Shown here piece after piece: positions 40,248 to 50,610 of a stretch of DNA of 64,000 nt. A program made the position numbers and the translations under genes. Under the pieces are notes generated by a model. It searched no databases, was not told the DNA's origin, and saw nothing but the letters and a program-made list of their open reading frames with translations. The DNA is from Candidatus Hadarchaeota archaeon (GTDB taxonomy: Archaea > Hadarchaeota > Hadarchaeia > Hadarchaeales > JAGGTB01). Within the stretch, counting starts at the first letter, position 1; each line of letters opens with the position of its first letter. The stretch spans positions 1 to 64,000 of the forward strand of contig CAYLJV010000003.1 of the NCBI GenBank assembly GCA_964384105.1, given 5' to 3'.

Positions 40248-40643
40248 TTGGTAGAAGTTCTGAAAAAAGAAGTCAAATATCCGTTTGATGAGGCTGTTGA
40301 GAGGGTTCGAGAATTGGCTTCAGAAGAATTTTCGATTCTTTTGGTTAAGTCCATAGACGAGGTTATTAGAAAAAAATTGGACCTACCGAACTATCCCGTC
40401 AAATACACGACCATACTCGCCTGTGGCCCTGAACTCGCAAAGATGGCTCTGGATGTTTCCATGGATGTCGGCGCTTTAATGCCGTGTTCTTTCACTATTT
40501 ATGAAGAGGACGGACGAGTATTCGTCAGCCATGTTTCTATCATGAAGATTGCCGCAGAGACCGGTATCGCTGACTCGGAGAAGATGGAACCGGTTGTTCG
40601 AAAAACTGGAAAGAAAGTAAAGAAAGTGTGGGATAAGATTTGA
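40248..40643 (+). CDS. DUF302 domain protein
   Basis: YTTILACGPELA...GALMPC motif. Confidence 0.8.
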   Translation: MVEVLKKEVKYPFDEAVERVRELASEEFSILLVKSIDEVIRKKLDLPNYPVKYTTILACGPELAKMALDVSMDVGALMPCSFTIYEEDGRVFVSHVSIMKIAAETGIADSEKMEPVVRKTGKKVKKVWDKI

Positions 40644-40648
40644 AATCT

Positions 40649-42751
40649 CTAGGATAATTTCTTAGCCCATTTTAATCCTTCTTTGACTTCGTTGACTGGT
40701 GGGGAGCAAGTTTTCGAACCACATATGTACAAAGTTGGCTTGTTATTCTTTGTGGTTCTATTTTTCCATATTGGTGGTGTTTCCGAAATTTGGAGTTTTT
40801 TGAGCCAGTCTTCCATTTCTTTCTCGGTTTCGGGTCTTGGCAACAGAATTTTGTTTGGTAGGTATTCTTTTTCGATTTCGTGTTTCCACTCCTTCGATAT
40901 TTTATTTCCAACCATAATTACTTCGAGGTGACTGTTGATTAAGAGGTCCATTGCGAGAATCAATGAGGAATGTTCGAGTTTTCTGTTTTTGATCTTGGAT
41001 TTTTTATTTTTCAAAATTATCTCTGCTACTTCTCCGAATTTTTCTTCAGGAAAGATGGGTGAAAGGTTTAGCAGCATTGTAGTTGCTATACCAGTGCTAG
41101 ATGGTTTGGAGGAGTCAGTTAGTTCTTGAGGTCTTATCATTAATTCCTCTCCTTCCGAGTCAGTGTAGAACAACGAGCTATTTTCTTCGTCCCAGAACCT
41201 TTTAATTATAGATCGGCATAGTTCCCGGGAAAATCTTAGATATTCTATTTCTCCGGTAGTTTGGTAAAGTTCAAATGCTCCTTTTGACAGGTAAGCATAG
41301 TCCTCGAGAAATCCGTTAATAGTAGTTTCTCCGTCTTTGTATCTCCTATAAAGAAGTTTTTTATTTTCATCCCAGAGGAGATCTTTCAAGAAGTTGAGTG
41401 CATTCTTAGCTCGTTCCTCATATCTTTTTCCTAGCAGTCTAGCTCCTTTTGCTAGCGCTGAGATCATCAATCCATTCCACCCTGCCAGAATTTTTTCGTC
41501 TCTGAGGGGTCTTAATCTCTTTTTTCTTGCTCTAAAAACGTCTTTTTTGGCTTTTTCAAGTAGTTTTCTTACTTCCTTTTTATCCATATTATATTTCGAG
41601 GCTAATTTCTTCGTATTCTTTTTTATACGGAGAACATTCTTTCCTTCGAAATTTCCTTCTTTGGATAAACCAAAATATTCAAGGAAGAGTTTCTCGGTTC
41701 CCTTATCTTCAATAATTTTGCGGATTTCCTCCGGTTTCCAGACATAAAATTTACCTTCTTCTCCTTCGCTACGCGCATCTAGAGAACTGTAAAAAGCGCC
41801 GGAGGGATGTGTCAATTCTCGTTCTACAAATTCAAAAGTTTCCTGAGCGATTTTGAGGTATTCATTTTCTCCGGTTAACTGATAAGCTGAGATGTATATT
41901 CCAGGTAAAAGAGCGTTATCGTAGAGCATCTTTTCGAAGTGAGGCACGGTCCATTTTGGGTCGGTAGAATATCTATGAAACCCCCCTCCAATGTGGTCTC
42001 GGATTCCACCTTTCATCATAGCATCCAGGGTTTTAAGAGCAGTTTCTTTATATTCGCTTCTGTTTGATCTGTAGTACGCCGTTAGTAGAATATCTATCCA
42101 ACTCGTCTGCGGAAATTTTGGACCATATCTTCCAAAACCACCATTTTTTAAATCTGCTAGTTCGAAAATCTCTTCTGCAGTTTCTAATAGGAGTTCTTCT
42201 CTTTTGGGCTCTTCTGGTCTTGTTTGAAGTTCCTCTGTTTCACTCTTTAGAGCATTTTTTATTTCATTTGCTTTTTCCAAGATCTCTTCTTTCTTATTAT
42301 TCCATAGCTTCGAGATTTCCTTTAGAACCTCAATAAGACCAACTCGTCCATGTTTTGATTTCTTTGGATAGTAGGTACCCACATAAAATGGTTCTTGATT
42401 CGGTGTTAGCCAGACTGAGAGGGGCCAACCTCCCTGACCAGTTACCATTTGACAGACTTTCTGATAGATTTGGTCAATGTCTGGTCGTTCTTCTCTGTCG
42501 ACTTTGATCGGTACGAATTTTTTATTTAATATACTTGCGACTTCCTCGTCGCTAAAGGACTCCTCTCTCATTACATGGCACCAGTGACATGCTGAATACC
42601 CTATGCTCACGAAGATTGGAACATCTCTTTCTTTTGCCCCGCTAAAGGCGGTTTTGTCCCAGGGTTGCCAGTTCACCGGATCGTCGGCATGCTGTTGAAG
42701 GTAGGGACTTTTCTCATCTGAGAGCCTATTTTTATCCAATGGATGGTTCAT
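40649..42751 (-). CDS. YyaL/DUF255 thioredoxin-domain protein
   Basis: [40 protein letters not shown]. Confidence 0.95.
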   Translation of the reverse strand: MNHPLDKNRLSDEKSPYLQQHADDPVNWQPWDKTAFSGAKERDVPIFVSIGYSACHWCHVMREESFSDEEVASILNKKFVPIKVDREERPDIDQIYQKVCQMVTGQGGWPLSVWLTPNQEPFYVGTYYPKKSKHGRVGLIEVLKEISKLWNNKKEEILEKANEIKNALKSETEELQTRPEEPKREELLLETAEEIFELADLKNGGFGRYGPKFPQTSWIDILLTAYYRSNRSEYKETALKTLDAMMKGGIRDHIGGGFHRYSTDPKWTVPHFEKMLYDNALLPGIYISAYQLTGENEYLKIAQETFEFVERELTHPSGAFYSSLDARSEGEEGKFYVWKPEEIRKIIEDKGTEKLFLEYFGLSKEGNFEGKNVLRIKKNTKKLASKYNMDKKEVRKLLEKAKKDVFRARKKRLRPLRDEKILAGWNGLMISALAKGARLLGKRYEERAKNALNFLKDLLWDENKKLLYRRYKDGETTINGFLEDYAYLSKGAFELYQTTGEIEYLRFSRELCRSIIKRFWDEENSSLFYTDSEGEELMIRPQELTDSSKPSSTGIATTMLLNLSPIFPEEKFGEVAEIILKNKKSKIKNRKLEHSSLILAMDLLINSHLEVIMVGNKISKEWKHEIEKEYLPNKILLPRPETEKEMEDWLKKLQISETPPIWKNRTTKNNKPTLYICGSKTCSPPVNEVKEGLKWAKKLS

Positions 42752-42848
42752 CTATCGATATTTGTATTGGGTCTATCATATAGAGTTCGTCTTTTTGAGA
42801 AATCCTGAGTTGTGTTCGAGATTTTATTCCTTTTGGGTAAAATATCTT

Positions 42849-43790
42849 TTATAAAATCTCTTCACCGAATCCTATTTCAAACTGATCCTGCAGGATCTCG
42901 TAAGCAGCTTCTGGAGGTATTATACCCTTGTCTGTTATAATCAAATCTATGTAGTCTGCAGGTGTGACATCGAATGCGGGGTTCCGGATTTTGACTCCTG
43001 GGAACTTTTCCGGATCGGCCACTTCCCGAGGGTCCCTTTCTTCGATTTCGATAAGCTCCCCGACTAGGGTGGATGGATGAAACTTAAAACTCTCCGCAGA
43101 AACAAAAACGACGACTCTAGCCTCGTGAGCTGCGAGAGCTATTTGTGATGTTCCTATCTTGTTAACTACCGCTCCATTGGCGGCTATACTATCCGCTCCA
43201 ACTATGACTTTGTCCATATCTTTCATGAAATGACGGGCCGCGGAGTCGACTATCAGGTTAACGGGAACTCCCTCTTTACTGAGTTCCTTGATTGTTATAT
43301 GCCCCTGATACCGGGGTCTAGCTTCGGTTGCGTAAACTTCTATATCTTTTCCCTGTTTGTGAGCATTTTTTATTATTTCTAGAGCATTGGAGCTGTTACA
43401 ATGTGTAATTATTTTATCTCCGTCCGATATGCGACGGGCTCCCATTTCTCCGATTCTTTTGGTGGCTTTTTTTGAATTTTCTATAAACTCTTCAGCTCTG
43501 GAAATGGTGTTTTCCTTGAGATCAGGTAAGCTTCTCGATTCAGAGAGTTCTTCAGCGTTTTTCATCACGAATCGAATTGCATTTGAAAGGGAAACGGCGG
43601 TAGGTCTGGTATCTGTGAGTCTTCGGGAAGATTTCTTTAGTTCATTCAGTAACTCTTTCGAAGTTTTTGCTCTGCTTTTTTCTGCGGTCAATTTCAACCC
43701 CGTTGCAGCAGCCCTAGCTATATCCCCGGCACCCCTAACCTCCATCTTTTTGATTTTCTGGGCGATATCTTCTACTTCAGAAATAACCAT
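42849..43790 (-). CDS. e2b2: Ribose-1,5-bisphosphate isomerase (eIF2B-like)
   Basis: MEVRGAG, TRPTAVSL, THCNS, VGADS, NKIGT, NPAFDVTP; adjacent to RuBisCO. Confidence 0.93.
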   Translation of the reverse strand: MVISEVEDIAQKIKKMEVRGAGDIARAAATGLKLTAEKSRAKTSKELLNELKKSSRRLTDTRPTAVSLSNAIRFVMKNAEELSESRSLPDLKENTISRAEEFIENSKKATKRIGEMGARRISDGDKIITHCNSSNALEIIKNAHKQGKDIEVYATEARPRYQGHITIKELSKEGVPVNLIVDSAARHFMKDMDKVIVGADSIAANGAVVNKIGTSQIALAAHEARVVVFVSAESFKFHPSTLVGELIEIEERDPREVADPEKFPGVKIRNPAFDVTPADYIDLIITDKGIIPPEAAYEILQDQFEIGFGEEIL

Positions 43791-43832
43791 TCTACCACAT
43801 CCTAGTTGACTGATTCAGATAGAAATAGCTTC

Positions 43833-45071
43833 CTATTTCCACTTTTCGAGAGCTTTTTTAAGCTCTTCGTGTTTTTTAGCATATTCCTGTGGCTCTATAT
43901 TCTGTATACACGCTTCCACTGTCTGTCTCATGGCCATAGCACCTTTTTCTGTCCCCTGAGGGTGGCCGTGAATACCTCCACCGGCCTGTATAACGAAGTC
44001 GGTCCCGAAGAATTCCATGAGGTCTTTTACGTGGCCGGGATGAAGTCCGCCCGAAGCTACGGGTAGCGTTCTTTCCAGCCCATGGAATTCTGATCTTAAA
44101 AAGTCGTAAATTTTGAGGGTTTCATCTTCGCCCCCTTCCATCTTTCCTACGACTGTCCCTGCATGAAGGTTATCAACTCCTACCATTCTAGCGAATTTAG
44201 CTATAGATAGCATAGATATTCCGTGATTTTTCAATCTGGTGTAAGCTGCATGTTGGGCCCTATGAGCATGAATTCCGATTTTCTTACCTTCTAAATATTC
44301 TCGCATTTCCTGTAAGGCTGACCAGCCAGCGGTGAGAATGTCTATCATGACGTATTCCCCGCCGTTCTCGATTACTAAATCTGCTCGTCTTTTCATCTCG
44401 CCTACAGGGGCGGTGATGTTTGGAAAATATATCTTTTTCTCGCCAGTTTTGTCTTCGGCTTTGTCTCTTTTGGCAAAGGTTCTGGAAATTCTATTCTCAA
44501 ATTTATTAAATTCCATACTGGCTAAGTTCTCATCATCCTTTACAATATCTAAACCACCGGACCAGGCTTTGTAGGCTACTTCCGAATGCTGTTTTTCGTT
44601 CAGGCCGAGTTTTGGTTTTACTATTGTGCCTAGGTGGGGTCTTTCTTCAACCCCGGTTAGGTCTTTGACCCCCCGTATTCCCAACTGGGGGCCGGGGAAC
44701 GCTTTGACTATCTTCTCAGTGAATTCTACATCTAGGAGTCTAAGGTTAGTCAGTTCTTTTAGACCAAATATATTCCCCGTTATGGAGCTTAATATTTGAG
44801 GTAGGTTTCCCGCTTCGAACAGTTCTTGGGGGTAAGCGACCTTTATTAGGCCGTTTTCTTCATCTGTCCAGAAAACCTTTGCGGCGAGATCTTCTATTCC
44901 CTTTCTCATTGTGGAAAGATTTGGATCCCATGTACCTATCGAGGATTCCGCAGCTATTGCCCCTGCTGCCCATTCGAAAGAGACAGAGGGGTCCTTTCTC
45001 AGTTTAAAATGGCAGATAACGTCGGTTTCTTTCTTCTTATATTCTCTGTCAAAATAGTCCTCATATCTCAT
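43833..45071 (-). CDS. rbcL: Form III RuBisCO large subunit
   Basis: AAESSIGTW, GTIVKPKLGL, GGLDIVKDDE, HAHRA, GKMEG, SGGLHP, QAGGG. Confidence 0.96.
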   Translation of the reverse strand: MRYEDYFDREYKKKETDVICHFKLRKDPSVSFEWAAGAIAAESSIGTWDPNLSTMRKGIEDLAAKVFWTDEENGLIKVAYPQELFEAGNLPQILSSITGNIFGLKELTNLRLLDVEFTEKIVKAFPGPQLGIRGVKDLTGVEERPHLGTIVKPKLGLNEKQHSEVAYKAWSGGLDIVKDDENLASMEFNKFENRISRTFAKRDKAEDKTGEKKIYFPNITAPVGEMKRRADLVIENGGEYVMIDILTAGWSALQEMREYLEGKKIGIHAHRAQHAAYTRLKNHGISMLSIAKFARMVGVDNLHAGTVVGKMEGGEDETLKIYDFLRSEFHGLERTLPVASGGLHPGHVKDLMEFFGTDFVIQAGGGIHGHPQGTEKGAMAMRQTVEACIQNIEPQEYAKKHEELKKALEKWK

Positions 45072-45168
45072 TTAGGAACCTGCTGTATACTTAGTAAAAA
45101 GTAAGGGTTAAGTTTTCGCCCGTTAATAGGAAAGAATTAATTGTCATTTTTACATTAAAGTTAATGTT
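45072..45168. promoter_or_regulatory. 97-bp divergent promoter region between rbcL-e2b2 and AMP phosphorylase
   Basis: Head-to-head genes; AT-rich AATTAATT box about 25-30 nt before ATG 45169. Confidence 0.5.
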
Positions 45169-46692
45169 ATGCTTCTTGAGAAGTTAAAGGCGAAGCCATT
45201 AGAAGCGGAAACCGGGCAATATTCAGTGGTAGTTCACGCTGAGGATTCAGGATCTTTAGGACTCAATGCTGGGGACCGTGTTGAGGTAGACTTCTTGAGC
45301 GAGGGCGTTGTGGCAGTAGTCGAAACGACTAATACTCTTGTTAGCCGGGGGGAGATTGGAACCTTTAATGAGGTTACGAAAGAGCTTGGCTTGAAAGAGG
45401 GGGATAAAATCTCCTTAGTTTCTGCTTCCACACCCAAGTCCGTGAAGTATATACAGAAGATGATGAAGGGTCAAGTATTGAGTGATAAAGAGATTCACGA
45501 AATAGTTAATGATATTGTCGAAAACAGACTAACTTCTTCCGAGATGACTGCTTTTTTAGTCACTGAGGAGATTCGAGGTATGTCTATGCAGGAGATAGCT
45601 GCTTTAACTCGAAGTATGGTCGAGACTGGTGAAACTATTGACCTCAAGAAGAAACCAGTACTCGACGTTCATAGCATAGGGGGAATCCCCGGAAACAAAT
45701 ATGCGTTTATTACTGTTCCGATAATTGCTGCATCTGGTCTGACTATTCCCAAAACGAGTAGTAGAGCTATTACCAGTCCCGCCGGCACTCCTGATATTAT
45801 GGAGTTGTTGGCAGATGTTTCTTTTAACCGAGAGGAAATAAGGGAGATAGTCAAAGAAACGGGTGGAATTTTGGCTTGGGGTGGAGCAGTCAATTTAGCA
45901 CCTGCTGATGATATTCTGGTTCGATTGGAGAGGCCTTTGGGAATAGACCCCAGAAGTCAGCTTCTCGCTAGTGTACTTTCTAAAAAACTCGCTATGAATT
46001 CGGATAAAATCCTCATCGATATACCTACAGGATTGGGGGCCAAGGCCGAAACGGATGAGGTGGCAGAGGACCTTGCACACGATTTTATGACTTTGGGACA
46101 TAAGCTGGGTGTCAGAGTTGAGGCGGCATTGACTTATGGAGGACAGCCTCTTGGCTATTGTGTGGGCCCAGGTCTTGAAGCAAGAGAGGCCTTAGAGACT
46201 CTGCAAGGTAATGGTCCTAATAGTTTGATCGAGAAGGCTACGAATCTAGCAGGTATTTTACTCGAAATGACTGGTTCGGCACCTCAGGGTGAAGGAAGTA
46301 GTAAAGCATTGAGTATCCTTGAATCCGGGAAGGCATACAAGAAAATGTTAGAAATTATAGAGGCTCAGGGAGGAGATCCAGAAGTCAATCCAGACGATCT
46401 TCCGCTCGGGGATAAAGTGGAAACCTTATCGGCTCCGAGAAGTGGCTACGTTAAGAGAGTTTATAATTCAAGTATTAAGGAGATAGCTCGAACGGCCGGA
46501 GCACCCAAGGATAAGGGTGCCGGTGTGAAATTATTGCATAAAGAAGGTCGAAAGGTTGAGAAAGGAGAGCCCATCTTAAAAATCTATGCAGATTATGAGA
46601 AAAAATTGAGTAATGCACTTGAAGTAGTAAATGAAAGTCCACCATTTAGGATAGAGAGTATGTTATTAAGAAGAATTTCGGGACCGAGCTAA
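45169..46692 (+). CDS. deoA: AMP phosphorylase (thymidine phosphorylase family)
   Basis: N-terminal double-psi barrel extension; HSIGGIPGNK, PKTSSRAITSPAGT, SVLSKK; 507 aa. Confidence 0.95.
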   Translation: MLLEKLKAKPLEAETGQYSVVVHAEDSGSLGLNAGDRVEVDFLSEGVVAVVETTNTLVSRGEIGTFNEVTKELGLKEGDKISLVSASTPKSVKYIQKMMKGQVLSDKEIHEIVNDIVENRLTSSEMTAFLVTEEIRGMSMQEIAALTRSMVETGETIDLKKKPVLDVHSIGGIPGNKYAFITVPIIAASGLTIPKTSSRAITSPAGTPDIMELLADVSFNREEIREIVKETGGILAWGGAVNLAPADDILVRLERPLGIDPRSQLLASVLSKKLAMNSDKILIDIPTGLGAKAETDEVAEDLAHDFMTLGHKLGVRVEAALTYGGQPLGYCVGPGLEAREALETLQGNGPNSLIEKATNLAGILLEMTGSAPQGEGSSKALSILESGKAYKKMLEIIEAQGGDPEVNPDDLPLGDKVETLSAPRSGYVKRVYNSSIKEIARTAGAPKDKGAGVKLLHKEGRKVEKGEPILKIYADYEKKLSNALEVVNESPPFRIESMLLRRISGPS

Positions 46693-46717
46693 TTTATTAT
46701 TACGAATACAGTTGGGA

Positions 46718-47520
46718 TCAACTCGTTGTGATTATTTCTGCTTCTTCTTTTATTTTTTCTAAAAGAGATCCCGAAATCTTTGTTTTCTCTTTAATCTTCT
46801 CTGTTTCTTGATCCATCATTTCTTTTGCCAGTACTATGTTCGCTTTAAGTAACTTTTTTGCAGTTGAATCTTTCACGGATTTTAAGATAGTAACAGGATA
46901 GAGATTCTTTTTTTCAACGAGTTTTCTTAGACTTTCTTCTTTTGGATAATCCCAACTCGTTACTTTAATTCCCATACACTTTGCATATTTCTTGGCGTCT
47001 GAGGAACATTTGGTATTACACACAAGCCAAGCTCGGTTGAAATTCTCCTTTAGATCTAGGAATCGAGCGTAGGTGTACATCATTACCTTGAGTCCAGTAT
47101 AGATACCAGGGGCATTATGGAATTTACACTCTATAAGTGAAGTTGAATCTTCCTTATTTGCGATAACGTCAACTTCTTGAGGAACACACTTTCCCTTGAT
47201 AGTAGTGCCGACTTTAGTTTCGTAGCCATAATTCTGAAGCAGTCTAGCTACGAATTTCTCAAAGGGGAAACCGGTAGGTCCTAGATTCATAATAGCTTTT
47301 TTGAGAGTGTACTTCATTGCGGTGCTTGAGTTTTTCTCGAGAAAACTGAGAATTAATTCAAGTATCGTTTGTGTGGATATCCCTTCATATACCTCCCTTT
47401 CGACTTTACTGGCAATATCTTCAGCGAGTTCAGGGTTTGCTCCCGCTCTAAGGCATGTCCTTTTCACTTTATTCCTGTCAAATTCTTCTTTTTTTCCGGA
47501 GGCTTTTGTTACACGAATTT
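46718..47520 (-). CDS. ATP-cone domain plus Mrr-like PD-(D/E)XK nuclease with helical C-terminus
   Basis: IRVTKASGKKEEFDRNKV (ATP cone, in frame upstream of the GTG at 47467); GFPFEKFV...EVDVIA...IECKFH; start codon unresolved. Confidence 0.85.
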
Positions 47521-47713
47521 TTTCACCATTCTGAGTATATGTATGAAATTAATTATTTTCTTATGTTTTTCTTTCTAAACAGTAGATGATTATGAGATAA
47601 TTAATAAAGAAGTAATTGCTGTCAATTTTTTATTTTTAAAGAATTATCATTCCATTTAGAACAGATGAAATTCGAAATAATATTTTTGGTTATTTAATTT
47701 TCCCAAATACGTT

Positions 47714-48496
47714 TTGAGAGGTAATAGACATATGAAACGGGGTGATAAGTCCTATAGATCCAAGAAAATACTTGAAGATCTCTATTGGAAAGAAGAAATG
47801 ACTATAAGAGATATTGCTGAAATGTTTGGGGTTTGTAATTCTACAATTCTTTATCAAATGGTAAAAAATGGAGTTAATAGGAGAAATAAGAATGTTAGAA
47901 TAAATGAGAGTTCCAATACCAATCACTTGAACTTGTCTGACCGCAAGGTAGAATTTATCGAGGGTAATTTATTGGGTGACGGGTCTATTTTCAAACACGG
48001 TAATATTTGCGCTAGATATGCTCATAGTGAAAAGAATAAGAAATTTCTAGAATGGCTTTCTCGCAAGCTTGATAATTTTGGTATTGAGCAGGTGGGATCT
48101 CTTAGAAAGAATGATTCTGAATTGGTTGAGGGAGTTACTTACCAATATTGGTCTAGGTCTTATGTAGAATTGACTGAGTTAAGGGAAAGATGGTATTCTT
48201 CTGGAATGAAGAGGATACCTCCAGATTTAGATATCACTCCAATTCGTCTTTTTAATTGGTATATTGGCGATGATAGCTTGTTTCCGAATGGCAGCTGTAA
48301 AATAGCGAGTACTCGCCCTGATTCTGAGTTGAAATTGATAAAGAATAAACTTGAAGATATTGGTATAACATGCTCTGTTACCTCAATGGGACTTTATATA
48401 TGGGTTGAGTCCAGTACAGATTTCTTTGAATATATTATCCGAAGTAATCTATATCCTCCTTGTTATTCCTACAAGTTCCCAGATTATTTCCAATAG
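47714..48496 (+). CDS. Free-standing LAGLIDADG endonuclease-like protein with N-terminal HTH
   Basis: LEDLYWKEEMTIRDIAEMFGV HTH; IEGNLLGDGSI; KRIPPDL; LFNWYIGDDSL. Confidence 0.82.
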   Translation: MRGNRHMKRGDKSYRSKKILEDLYWKEEMTIRDIAEMFGVCNSTILYQMVKNGVNRRNKNVRINESSNTNHLNLSDRKVEFIEGNLLGDGSIFKHGNICARYAHSEKNKKFLEWLSRKLDNFGIEQVGSLRKNDSELVEGVTYQYWSRSYVELTELRERWYSSGMKRIPPDLDITPIRLFNWYIGDDSLFPNGSCKIASTRPDSELKLIKNKLEDIGITCSVTSMGLYIWVESSTDFFEYIIRSNLYPPCYSYKFPDYFQ

Positions 48497-48680
48497 AGAG
48501 TTATGAATAAATGGAACTTGTGCTTAATTATTCCTCATTATGATTTTAAGCCCGGAAAATAGATTAATTAGTATAAAAAATAACTGGTAACCATTAAATA
48601 TGTCATCCAGCTTATTAGTAGATAATAGATGGAAATTACTTATTAGAGAGTCATAATTAGGGAAAATAAAGGATTATCTG

Positions 48681-49178
48681 GTGATTTTTATTTCCAAAGA
48701 CGAACTTGAACAATTTGACAGGCCTTTTTCAGAGTTACTGGACGAGATGGCGGAGGGAATAGACCCTGGTGAAAGCAGACACTTTACGAGAAAAGGGCTT
48801 GGTAAAATCCTAGATCTGGGTATTTTGATTAGAAGAGGTTTCCAGGAGGCTTGGCAGTTCGTGGTCCTTATTCAAACTTTGTTTATATTTCTTGGTTTAT
48901 CTCCGCAGGTCAGTCAGGCTTTAAAACAGCTTGGTATTTCTATCTCGGGCACGACTATAGGAGTATTAGCTGTTTTTGGGATTGTTTTCCTTTTTATTTT
49001 CGGTCTAGTTCTATTGCTTTACGGAGGAACTCACAGATCGAATAGCCTGATAAGCGAGAAACAGAACCCAGCCCAGAGGATGAACTACTACTTCTACCGG
49101 GGAATGGCGAGGTGGGCCAGAAATGCCGATAGGAGACTAGAAAAGATTGAAAAGAAGCTAGAAAAACTGGAAAAATAG
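48681..49178 (+). CDS. Hypothetical membrane protein (2 TM, C-terminal coiled coil)
   Basis: 165-aa ORF; hydrophobic segments; RRLEKIEKKLEKLEK. Confidence 0.65.
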   Translation: MIFISKDELEQFDRPFSELLDEMAEGIDPGESRHFTRKGLGKILDLGILIRRGFQEAWQFVVLIQTLFIFLGLSPQVSQALKQLGISISGTTIGVLAVFGIVFLFIFGLVLLLYGGTHRSNSLISEKQNPAQRMNYYFYRGMARWARNADRRLEKIEKKLEKLEK

Positions 49179-49253
49179 TTTTTACATGTGGTTTTAATTC
49201 TTTATCAACCTTTTAGTCTCTCATTTTTATAATCAGAAAAAAACAATCTTAAA

Positions 49254-49658
49254 ATGGTGGATAGAATGGAAACTTCATTAAAGAAGAGTATAAATGAAGT
49301 TCTTGAAACTATAAAGAGTATTGATAAGGACGAAAGGGTTCAATTTGTTATTTTGTATGGTTCAGTTTCCGAAGAGAGACAGTCGAGATCTTCAGATATA
49401 GACTTGGCCATTGGTTATGATGGAGATAGAGAAGAAAGATTCGATTTCAGGATTTCGATTTCAGGAAGATTGCCTGAAGTGTTTGATATTCAGATATTTC
49501 AAGATTTACCCCTCTATGTAAAGAAGGAAGTTTTGGGAGGGGACGTAATTTTTTTCCGAGACAAGAGAGAGTTGTATGATATCGCTTATGAAACCGTACA
49601 AGACTATGAGTTCTTTGAACCTTTATTTTTAGATTATATACGGAGAGAGAGATCATGA
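49254..49658 (+). CDS. mntA: MNT nucleotidyltransferase antitoxin
   Basis: ILYGSVSE...SDIDLAI; DIQIFQDLPLY. Confidence 0.88.
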   Translation: MVDRMETSLKKSINEVLETIKSIDKDERVQFVILYGSVSEERQSRSSDIDLAIGYDGDREERFDFRISISGRLPEVFDIQIFQDLPLYVKKEVLGGDVIFFRDKRELYDIAYETVQDYEFFEPLFLDYIRRERS

Positions 49659-50068
49659 GAAAAAAATTGATATTGACAAAGATACGAGAAATTGAAGAAA
49701 GTCTTAAAGTCATAGAAGAACACCTTCCGGAGAATTTAGAAACTTTTAGTGAAATGGGCTTATCGAAGGATGGGATTTATAAGCATACGGAGTTCTGCAT
49801 TCAAGAAGTAATCGACATTTGCTCTATAATAAATTCTGATTTGGAATTTGGCATTCCTGATAGTGAATCTAGTGTCATAGATAATCTTGTTGAAAATAAT
49901 GTTTTGAACAAAGAACTTGGAATGAAAATAAAGCGAATGAGAGGTTTTAGGAATGTTTTAGTACACCGATATGGTCGTATAGATGATAAACAGGCTTTCA
50001 AAAGTATAAGGAACGGAATTGAGGATTTCAAGACTTTTATACGAGAGATTGATAAATTAATATCCTAG
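49655..50068 (+). CDS. hepT: HEPN/DUF86 toxin
   Basis: GFRNVLVHRYG motif; ATGA overlap with the MNT gene. Confidence 0.9.
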   Translation: MRKKLILTKIREIEESLKVIEEHLPENLETFSEMGLSKDGIYKHTEFCIQEVIDICSIINSDLEFGIPDSESSVIDNLVENNVLNKELGMKIKRMRGFRNVLVHRYGRIDDKQAFKSIRNGIEDFKTFIREIDKLIS

Positions 50069-50091
50069 TTTTTAGATAATTACTAAAAATT

Positions 50092-50610
50092 TTATATTTT
50101 CTTGATTACTTTCTTGGCGAGTTCCTTTGGATTTTCGCTTGAAATAATTTTTTCTTTTGATTCATTTATTTTTTTAGTCAGTCTCTCAAATTCAGCCGAT
50201 ATTCCGGGAACATTTTTTAGTAAACCTATAATCTTACCTTCCGCATGGGCTATGGTCAGTTCATTTAAAGTTCCGAAACCGCCAGAAACAGCAATTACGG
50301 CATCGCAACTTCTAATTAGTATTACGTTTCTTCCTTTGAGTCCAAATCCAGTATATATTATCAAATCATGATTTTCTACTGGGTAACCATATTTTTCTAT
50401 ATGTTCTTTTTCATTGGAGGCGGGCGATATACCGATGGTAGTGCCCTCTCCTTCTTTAGCACCTTTAACTGCAGCGTAGGGTATCCCTGTACATCCGCCC
50501 GTGAGAAGATTGCATTTATTTTTAGCGATTTCCGCACCAATGGTTTTCGCTTTTTTTAAACCTTCTTTTTCGACTTCAGATGATCCTATAACTCCCACTT
50601 TTTTCTTCAT
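50092..50610 (-). CDS. LOG/SLOG-family protein
   Basis: VGVIGSS, LTGGCTG, TGFG..GRN, GGFGTLNE. Confidence 0.88.
   Translation of the reverse strand: MKKKVGVIGSSEVEKEGLKKAKTIGAEIAKNKCNLLTGGCTGIPYAAVKGAKEGEGTTIGISPASNEKEHIEKYGYPVENHDLIIYTGFGLKGRNVILIRSCDAVIAVSGGFGTLNELTIAHAEGKIIGLLKNVPGISAEFERLTKKINESKEKIISSENPKELAKKVIKKI

Noticed and set aside
42849-43790. Translation factor eIF2B or methylthioribose-phosphate isomerase call
   Set aside because: THCNS motif and adjacency to RuBisCO and AMP phosphorylase favour R15P isomerase
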